Source of the DNA: Camelus ferus
Lineage: Eukaryota
Assembly (NCBI RefSeq): GCF_009834535.1
Contig: NC_045696.1
Location: 32,924,001 to 32,988,000, forward strand
Direction of reading: 5' to 3'
Length of the DNA: 64,000 nucleotides
Shown here piece by piece: positions 55,001 through 64,000 of this stretch. Position numbers and translations under genes: made by a program. The notes beneath the pieces are model-generated. The model had not been told where the DNA came from. It saw nothing but the letters and a program-made list of their open reading frames with translations, and did no database searches. The stretch's first letter is position 1; each line of letters begins with the position of its first letter.

Positions 55001-56619
55001 AAGTAAAAGGATTGATCATCATTCATTTTAAAGTATGTTTTAGAGATTTTTCAATTTAATTGTCCAGTGTAGTTCCCTCACCTTGCTCCTCCCATTTCAC
55101 TCTTCTTTCCATAGCATTAGTTTATTCCTTTAGATTTTGTTGGATAACATTGAAATATTTATATACAACATACTTACTTCTGTTGAGTTTAAAGCATCTT
55201 CCAGGCAGTGTGTGTCACATATCAGAATGCATGAGTTTATCCCTATGATACAATGTTATTTATAATCCAAAGTAAAATGAGGGGGGGAAAAACCCTTACA
55301 CCCACAGTAGAGAGGAGATGATCATTTTTCATCCATCTTTTCATTGTGTTTATCATAAATCATTTTAGGACACACCTTTTCAATGCATAGCTGCTCTTAA
55401 TTAGACATATTGTCACAGGAAGTCTCATTTTCTTTTTGAGTGTTGCCACCAGCAGCAAAACATCCATTTCCTTATAATTGATTTTCAAGTTTATTTAAAA
55501 TGCTCCATGAGGCATAGCATAAGTGAAATGACTCATCATGTTTATGGGAATATCTTGAGGATAAAAGTTATCTTTGAGTGATTTTAGCGTATTAAATGTA
55601 AAATAGAAACATAGTTCTTTAAAATCTATTTTAAAATAGTTTTTACTGTATAGCTTTTAATTTTGGGGTTTTTTTTTTCAATTTTTAAATTACTGCTCTT
55701 TATAATAATATTAGTAGTCAATTCCAAAAACATCAATGAGAGGATCTATATGAATTAAATACTAGGCTAGGCTTTAGGAATGTACAAGAAAGTGAAAATT
55801 GACTTGTTCTCTCAGGAGCATCCCAAAGCAGTTTGGTAAATATCCATATCATCATATTATTGCAAAGAGGTTCAAAAGACCCAGGATACAGGTCATTCCC
55901 TCTACCTTATTTTAGAAAATTTTAATTCCTATGTTCTTTGATCAAAGAACTCACAGTCCATTTTGAAAAGTTAACATCTAGATACCAAGTTGTAATCCAA
56001 TGAATTTCTTTTCTAGAAATACTGTGTGTCTCACAAAGTTGAATTTCATTAACTTCATATAAAAATGTATATAGCAACAGCAAAGTAATGTTTTATGTTG
56101 ACTTTGTAAATGATTATGGAGAAGCAACCTACAGAACTACATGTGAATAATAAAGGGTGATTGTAGTATTTGAGTTAAAATAATCCTTTTGTGTAATATA
56201 TACTTACATACAAAAGTAGATTCAGTTACTCATTTAACAAATATTTGAGATGTAAGTCTTATAAATAACAGAAAAATGAGTAAGGCATTATTAATTACTT
56301 TCAAATAGTTTCCAATCTAATAAAGAGAAGCATAGCTAGCAATCACTATAAAAGTGAATTTTAAAATATCAAGAACCATAAGAGAAAATTGTTTGCAAAA
56401 TGCATAGCAGGTCACATAAAAGAGATTCAGACATTGTTCTAACATTATTTCCCAAAATGTATTTTCTTCTTTCATCCTTCTTCTTTTCTTAATACAAAGG
56501 CTCTTTGGAGCCAGGGTAGTGAAACTTACAACCTGCATATTTTACTATTTCCTATCCCTTTTATATATCTCAAACTACCTCTAGGTACTTTCAAATGGGT
56601 TAAACAGCTTGAAGACAAC

Positions 56620-56840
56620 TGTTACAGAGGAAAGAACATAAGCTGTGAAGCCTGACATAGCTGGATTAAAATCTTCATTTTTATATTGTAGCTGAGTGAG
56701 CAAGTTATATAATTTTCTTAACCATCAGTATTCTTATCTGTAAATTGGGGTAATCATTACCTCACTTGGATTAAATTATAGAAAACACCTATAGTACCCA
56801 ATACAATGTTCCAGTACATTAATGGCTGCTCCTCAATAGC
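56620..56840 (+). mobile_element. MIR SINE
   Basis: tagctgagtgagcaagttat...catcagtattcttatctgtaaattggggtaatcattacctcac. Confidence 0.7.
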
Positions 56841-56849
56841 ATGATTTTT

Positions 56850-57450
56850 ATCTCAGAGATATGAAAAAAGGATGAGTAGAGTCCTGACAACTGCAGTGGG
56901 GACTGGCTATGGGTGGATAAGGATACAATGAATTGTGGGAGCCATGTTGAAAAGCATGAGAAAGAGGCAGAAGATGAAATCCCCCTATGCCAGCTAGACT
57001 GGAAAATAAAAGCTTTGATGTCGAATAGAGGGAAATAAGCCTGGAGAGGATGAGTTTTGGAACATTCTTGTGATGAGTCTTAAATGCCACACCAACAAGA
57101 GATACTTAACTTCCTGGGCAATGGAGAACAATTGAGTATTTTTGGATGGAGAAGTGACATGATCATAATTGTGCTTTGAGCACATTAAATTTGTAATTGG
57201 CCTTTGAACAAAAGAGTGGAGAGAGTCTAAAGGCTGAGAGGCAATTTAAGATATGATTGTTCAAGTCAAAGAAAATGAGGATCTGGCATAGACTGGGGAC
57301 ATAGCAGAAAAGAGGAAGCTAATAGTATGGGAATGAATTAAAAGAATTTAATAGGTTGTTATTTATAGAGAACAAAGGAAAAGGAATATATTTTTAAATG
57401 CTGACAAGAAGCAGGAGAGAGGTAGTGTTATAAGATAATAGGATTTATTT
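56850..57450 (-). mobile_element. Degenerate LINE-2 fragment
   Basis: gggcaatggagaacaattgagtatttttg...aagtgacatgatcataattgtgcttt is typical antisense L2. Confidence 0.65.
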
Positions 57451-58589
57451 TGGAAAAATATTTAAATGGTGGTTGCCATTTCTTCTCAACACTCATCACT
57501 TTTCTTGGGCCAAGGATAATGGGAACAGGGAAAAGGTTCTTTGTCTCAATTCATCAACTTATTAATGAGTAAATAAAGGTTGAGAGGGTAAGTGGCTTGC
57601 CATTGTTCCCTCAGCTAATAAAAAGATTTTAAATTTCTGGATTCTAGACCACAACTATATTCATTACTCTGGGTTGGCTGTTAACATTCCAGAGAACATC
57701 TCAAGAGAAAATGCCTAGCATTATACTGATATTTGAAACTTGTATTTGGACTTTGGAGAGGTAAATTGTTATATGAGTCACCGACACGGAATCTACAGTC
57801 ATAGGGATAACATTGCCAGGAAAATGAGTACTAAGGGAGAGGCTATTTGAAGTTACATTATTGAGGAAGATGTATTTTTAGAAAGTAGCAGTGGAGAAAC
57901 AAAGAAAAAAGAATTGAATCTTGTTGATAAAAGGTAATTTAAAATGAGACAGATTTGTAAGTTAAGGAAGGAGAAAACAAAAAAAAATAAGAGTGATAAA
58001 GAGAGGTTTAATGGATAAGGGTTAAGAAATATCACTTGTTTTGGACTAGCTATTCCAAGAAGACGTTTGAGAGGATGTTTTTATTTTACTAATAGGAGAT
58101 GAAAGCAAAATTTAGTTCCTATTATAGTGGCCTGAAACATGGAGACAGAGAATACTTGTGCTGAATTATAGTGATACATTTTGGAATTGAGTTGCTGTTT
58201 ACAGGCATCATAAGAGAGAAGATTTGAATAGTCTTATAAAGAAAAAATGTCGCTGTTGAAATCTTGGAACCAGCTAACAAAAATGACCAATTTCAGTTTT
58301 TCTCTTTTCTGGATAAACACCTGGTGCTCTTAAGGACATTTCTAGCTCTGAAATTCAATGTGAATTGTAGTGATTATGATTTACTGTGCTTTTCTGCTGA
58401 AGAATTTCTCATTTACTGTTCCTTGGGACATCTGTCCATATCACATGATGTGGCAATTAAATACCAATGTCAAAGAAATTGTTTGACATACATTCAAATT
58501 TGACCACACAGGTGAGCGGGAGTTCAGTCACTGAGTTCTTGCTTTATAAGCCCAGAAACTCAGTTTCACCACATTGTTCACAGGTGATA

Positions 58590-59157
58590 AAACTGACTGT
58601 AAGAGGCAACACTGTAAGGGTTGAGAACATGTCTTCTTTGACTTTAAACCTAACACAGGGTCTTGAAAACAGAAGGCATTCATGAATGAATAAATAGATG
58701 AATGAAGGCATAGAACGTATATTTATCTATGCCTTAATGCACAGGTAATAATTTGTTTTTTTAAACCGTGTGAAGAAACTAGTATTTTAGATTTCAAATC
58801 TTTAGAAAATACTTTAAAAACTCGTGATGTGGTCAGTAAAACAAAAGTTACGGTATTAGTGTAAATCTTCTAGGTGTGTTGAACGAACATTTTAGGAAAA
58901 ATACTAAAGCAGAGATAGACATAATTAAGCTAAAAAAATCATTAATTACCCTGGATCATAACAGAGAGCTTATTGTGGACAATTTCTTAAATGAGAAGGG
59001 GAGGAAATCATAATGATAGATATGACTTAATGTATGTTGGGGACAGGGAGAGAAGAGGGTTGGATGAATGCCTTCTGTTTTCAAGACCCTGTGTTAGGTT
59101 TAAAGTCAAAGAAGACATGTTCTCAACCCTTACAGTGTTGCCTCTTACAGTCAGTTT
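58590..59157. repeat. Perfect 94-bp inverted repeat: arms 58590-58683 and 59064-59157, 380-bp spacer
   Basis: The reverse complement of the left arm matches the right arm at 94/94 positions (checked base by base). Confidence 0.97.
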
Positions 59158-60019
59158 GATGTAAGCAATCTTATCAACTTAGATATTTTCTATTCTCTAT
59201 ATGTGAATGAAAAGTCATTCCTCCATTGTTATTGAGTTTGACTAAATTTATAGTTTTGGGGTGGACATTGAGTAAAATTCACAAACCAAATTAGCAACAT
59301 ATAGACACTGTGATATTATGGCTTTTATATATTTCACAAAGAAAGCTCAAATATCCCTTTCATCTAATTTGAGATATAGAAGGCCACTGAAATTTTCCTG
59401 AATAAAACTGTTGGTAATTTGTCTGCCAGTTATCAAACGGGTACATAAAGTTTAAAAAACAGCTGGTTTTTCAAAGGACATCTGTGTTATGGCTAGACTA
59501 GACATTAAGTATTTAGTAAACAATGCTATAAAATATAAACTAGGCTTTTAAAGGATAAAAGTTTCTTCCTTGTCTTACCAATTGTTATAATAAAATGGAG
59601 CAAACAGCAATAACTAAAAGGAAATTTTTAATGCACTTCAGATGTGCCTTTTCTGATGTAGCTATAAAGTATATTAATAGCTTTGAAGAAATTAAAGTCA
59701 ATGAACTATATATATATATATAACCTTGTAGTAAAAGCATAAGATGGAATTGCTTTAACTCTATACTTATAACTATAAATGATAAGAATTTGTTATCATT
59801 TGATAATTCAGATGTGACCAAAAGATGATATTCTGATCAATTACTGGTTTGGAGCTGTACTTTGAAATGAAGCTCACATGCCCTTGATTTTACATTTAGA
59901 ACTTAGATTTTGTAAGAACACTAACTGGGCAATTAAATATATTCAAATATTTTGTAAACCATTTATTCAGAGCTAACTGTAATTTATATGAAATAATGAA
60001 TTTTTTTCTAAACTCCCCT

Positions 60020-62050
60020 TAAAACCACCCCCACCTTTCTCATTCCCTGCGGATTAACTTATCTCTTATTTTCCCCCAAATACTGAGGTTCTTTGATGAA
60101 ATGTTTCTTTATTTTCTTTGTATGTAAAATCATACTATATCAATCTCTTTCTTCTTATCTGATCTTATCTCTCATTTAAAAATAAAACTCTTTCAACTCC
60201 TTTATTCCTTAATGTCTGCTGCCATCTCATCTTTTCTCTCCACTCTCACAGCGCAAATATCCTCACCTTCTACTCGCCTCAGAACTCAGTGGTTCCTGAT
60301 AGACTTGGGCACCACTCCACAACCAACTTACATGACAAAGTCACCAAGGACTCCTGTGGTCCTAAACTTCATGATCTTTATCTTAACAAAATTTGTCAAA
60401 CTTTCCTACCTAAGTATTCAAGTATATATGAACTTTTCTAAGTGTAAACACATGTATCAAGTTGCTTTGTAGATAATAGGTAAATAAACCCTGTTGTAAG
60501 ACAAGACATTTTTTGAAGACTTGGTTTTGATTATATTTTTTACATAAAACACAACGTTCTTTCTTATGAATTTCTGGATTGATCAGTTGATGATACAAGA
60601 AGATATATTTCCCCCCCTGGCATTTGCTGTACTGATAGCTGATGAATATATTTGCATAAGTTTGGGAAGTTTTGTTTTAGCTGATCTTTCAGTGACATTC
60701 TTAAATATTCTTGAATATTCTGTACTTGTGTTATGTGAAAAAACACTTTTTTGTCTTCCAATCTCTCTAACATCTCTTAGTCTTCCTTGTGGGCTTCTAA
60801 TCCACTTTATATCTTCAAGTTTATATTCTTGTCCTTTTGTCTTTTCACTTCATCCCGGTGGAGACCATCTAGTTTAGTAGTTTCAGTGAGAATCACTGTA
60901 TGAATTACTCTCTATTTCCAATGTAGAACTTTCTGATGAGCTCCAGCTTTGTATGCTCAGTTATCCAGTAGAAGTTGACACTATTCTATAGATAATACTC
61001 CGTATGTCCTGAAACAGACTCATTGACCCTACTCCAGATTTACACTACCTCCTATATTGTGTCTCCTCACTTATCTGCTCTGAGTTTAGGTTTTTAATCT
61101 GCAAAGTAAAGATAATGAAACCTACTTCACACAAATGTATTAAAAGAGAAAATATATGTAGTATATTTTTTAAAGTGTCTGGCAGATGCTAAATACTCAA
61201 ATAGTTGAAATCTCGTTAACATTATTATTAATTACAGGGACTATATCTTGTGTATTACTGGGTCAAACATGTTGCCTGATACAGTTAAGGTTCTCTAAAA
61301 ATATTATTAGAGTGAATAACAGTAAATAAATGCATCAATACTGGTCTGAGAAGAAACAGCAACCACAAAAAAATTTTTTTTTCCTAACATCAAGTCCAAG
61401 ATCTCTGCCCCTGATGGAATCCCCGTAATTTCTCTCAGACACTGATCCCTTAATCATCCCCTTTACAGCTCGTATCTTCCAGTTCTCCATAATAACTCCT
61501 TTGGTGTTACCCTTAAATTATTTTCTGATTTCTCCTATTGCAAAATGCCCTAGGTCAACCTACCAATCTTCCTAGCTAGAATTCTACATTTTCCATGCCC
61601 CTGAAAAGCCTTGATACACTGAGTTTGTACCCACTGAAAATTTGTCACTCACTCATTTTAACCTTCTAATCAACTTTGGATCATTACCTCTCATCCCCAG
61701 TTCTCCAGGGAATCCACTGGTCTTTTTATAGTTACTGACCTTTACCGTTCAGTGTTATTTGATAACTTTTGACAAACACTTCTTTTTTATACTATTCTTC
61801 TTGATAATGATCTAAGCATCTTCCTGGGTTTTCTACTAAGGTTTTGACCGCTATATTAGCATCTTTTCCTACTTCCTGTTGCTAAATTTCTTCTGCTTCC
61901 CTCTCTACAATCTCTCCTTTAATTTCAACATCATGGCAATCAGACATCCTTTTCTTTAGTCTAAATCTCTCTCCAAAGTGTTACATTCAACTGCCACATC
62001 TCTGGTTAAACAATCTCCAGAACTCCAAAATTAGTATGGATGAAATTGAT
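60020..62050 (+). mobile_element. Degenerate LINE-2 fragments, with a MIR at about 61060-61230
   Basis: Pyrimidine-rich sense L2-like sequence (caaagtcaccaaggactcctgtggtcctaa; ttctgatgagctccag; tgataacttttgacaaacacttc). Confidence 0.55.
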
Positions 62051-62059
62051 ATTAAACTA

Positions 62060-62280
62060 TTCCTCTATCGGTTAGATCCAATTTATAAATTACTTTGCTA
62101 GTTTTGTATCGAGGGAAAGTTACTTAAACCCTCAGCATGTCTATATCCTTATCTGTAAGATGGGAATAAAACAGTATCTCTCTCATAAACAGTTACAGGG
62201 ATTAAAGGAGTCACTGCATGTGATGATCATGGAGCAGTTATGAACATAGAAGAGAAGCTGTTGTATGTGTGGTAGTTATT
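62060..62280 (+). mobile_element. MIR SINE
   Basis: gggaaagttacttaaac...cttatctgtaagatgggaataaaacagtatctctctcataaacagttacagggattaaa. Confidence 0.75.
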
Positions 62281-62531
62281 TTTAACAATTGCCTTTTGAT
62301 TTTAAGGGCTTTGTTTTTTTTTTTTTGCCACTGATTCAAATATGCAATATTTAGTTCTTTCTGACATCAGTCTTCACTATTCTGTTCTCTTTGCCAAAAT
62401 CCTAGTTCTGGTTCTTCTGTTCTCTACTTTGTTACTATTTCTATTAACGTTCTTAACTTATCTCTATACTTTTAGCTACTACTCTTTCTTGCAAGGACTA
62501 ACTTATCTTTTTATATACATTTAACAGACAG

Positions 62532-64000
62532 TTTTTTTTTCTTTTTCTAAGTAGAGTTGATTTACAATATTGTGTTAGTTTCAAGTGTACAACAAAGTGA
62601 TCCAGCTATACATATATTTTTTCCAGTTCTTTTCCTTATAGGATATTACAAGATTTTGGATATAGTTCCCTGTGCTGTACAGTAAATACTTACCACTTAT
62701 CTATTTTCTATATAGTGGTATGTATCTGTTAAACCCATACTCCTAATTTATCCCTCTCCCGCTTTCTCCTTTGGTAACCATAAATTTGTTTTCTATGTCT
62801 GTGAGTCTGTTTCTGTTTTGCAAATAAGTTCATTTGCATTGTCTTTTAGATTCCACATATAAGTGATATCACTTAATATTTGCCTTTCTCTGGATGACTT
62901 TACTTGGTAGGATAATCTCTAGATCCATCCAGGTTGCTACAAATGACAACATTTCATTCTTTTTTATGGCTGAGTAATATTCTACTGTATGTATATACTA
63001 CATCTTCTTTATCCATTCATCCATCAGTGAATATTTAGATTGCTTCTATGTTTTTGCTATTGTAAATAGTGGTGCTATGAACATTGGGGTACCTGTATCT
63101 TTTAAAATTAGTTTTTATCTTTTTTGGGTATATGCACAGGAGTGGGATTGCTGGATCATATGGTAACTCTATTTTTATTTTTTTTAAGAAACATCTGTAC
63201 TGTTTTCACAGTGGCTGTATCAATCTACATTCCTACTGACAGTTTAGGAGGATTCCCTTTTCTCCACACCCTCTCCAACATTTATCATTTGTAGAATTTT
63301 TGATGATGGCCATTCTGACTGGTGTGATGTGATACCTCATGGTAGTTTTGATTTGCATTTCTCCAATAGTTAGGAATGTTGAGCATCTTTTCATGTGCCT
63401 GTTGGCCACCTGAATGTCTTCTTTGGAGAAATGTCCATTCAGGTCCTCTGCCCGTTTTCTGATTGGGTTGTCTGGGGTTTTTTTTATATTGAGCTGTATG
63501 AGCTGTTTTATATTTTGGAAATTAACCCCTTTTTGGTCACATCATTTACAAATATTTTCTCCCATTTCATAGGTTGTCTTTTCACTTTGTTTATGGTTCC
63601 CTTTGCTGTGCAAACGCTTAAAAGTTTCACAAGGTCCCACTTATTTATTTTTGCTTTTATTTCTTTTATCTTGGGAGACTGATTTAAGAAAATATTGCTA
63701 CAATTTATGTCAGAGAATGATTTGCCAGTGTTCTCTTTTAGGAGTTTTATGGTCTCATGTCTTATATTTAAGTCTTTAAGTCATTTTGTTTATTTTTGTA
63801 TATAGTGTGAGGAAGTATTCCAACTTCATTGATTTACATGCCAATGTCCAGCCTTCTCAACACCACTTAATGAAGAGACTGTTTTTTCTCTATTGTATAT
63901 TCTTGCCTCTTTTGTCGAAGATTAATTGACCGTAGGTAGTGGTTTATCTCTGGGCTCTCTCTTTTGTTCCTTTTATCTGTATGTCTGTTTTTTGTCAATA
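62532..64000 (-). mobile_element. L1 3' end (poly-A tail, 3'UTR, disrupted ORF2 C-terminus), running off the window; cetartiodactyl-type 3'UTR
   Basis: T-run at 62532. The minus strand near 63260-63390 translates [46 protein letters not shown], the L1 ORF2 Cys-rich region. 3'UTR words include gttgatttacaat and atatagttccctgtgct. Confidence 0.93.

Larger units (their letters stand above)
1..64000 (+). other. CADM2: Internal segment of the CADM2 gene (two coding exons plus introns); neither gene end is in the window
   Basis: Two exons with canonical AG/GT boundaries and compatible phases (2-1, then 1-1) encode consecutive CADM2 peptide segments. No transmembrane or C-terminal exon was seen. 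Confidence 0.93.

Noticed and set aside
638..62524. The many 60-123 aa ORFs in the track
   Set aside because: Compositionally biased (F/L/I/K-rich), no recognisable domains, many with non-ATG starts; expected by chance in AT-rich intron. Only 5848..6138 contains a real exon in frame.
63395..63682. 95-aa plus-strand ORF
   Set aside because: Antisense of L1 ORF2, a common spurious-protein artefact.
23330..64000. Antisense lncRNA or processed pseudogene in the long intron
   Set aside because: I recall antisense transcripts annotated within human CADM2, but nothing in this sequence lets me place exons, and no pseudogene-like coding remnant was seen.

Overview
AT-rich, CpG-poor mammalian genomic DNA, not prokaryotic. 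The whole window lies inside the cell-adhesion gene CADM2 (SynCAM2/Necl-3), + strand. Two coding exons are supported: the 179-nt exon for the second half of Ig domain 3 (5877-6055) and the 120-nt, frame-preserving Thr/Ser-rich stalk cassette exon (23210-23329). The transmembrane exon is not in the window. The rest is intron: old L2, MIR, L1 and LTR remnants, microsatellites, and a younger antisense L1 3' end (62532-64000) whose 3'UTR looks cetartiodactyl. I saw no lineage-specific SINE. Nearly all other ORFs in the track are spurious. The most unusual structures are a perfect 94-bp inverted repeat (58590-58683 / 59064-59157) and a 177-bp, 96%-identical dispersed direct duplication (47491 / 48839). 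There are also several speculative routes to truncated or soluble CADM2 isoforms, and splicing-regulatory signatures around the cassette exon. I found no evidence of a new multi-gene system. Repeat family names and boundaries are by-eye recognition and approximate.
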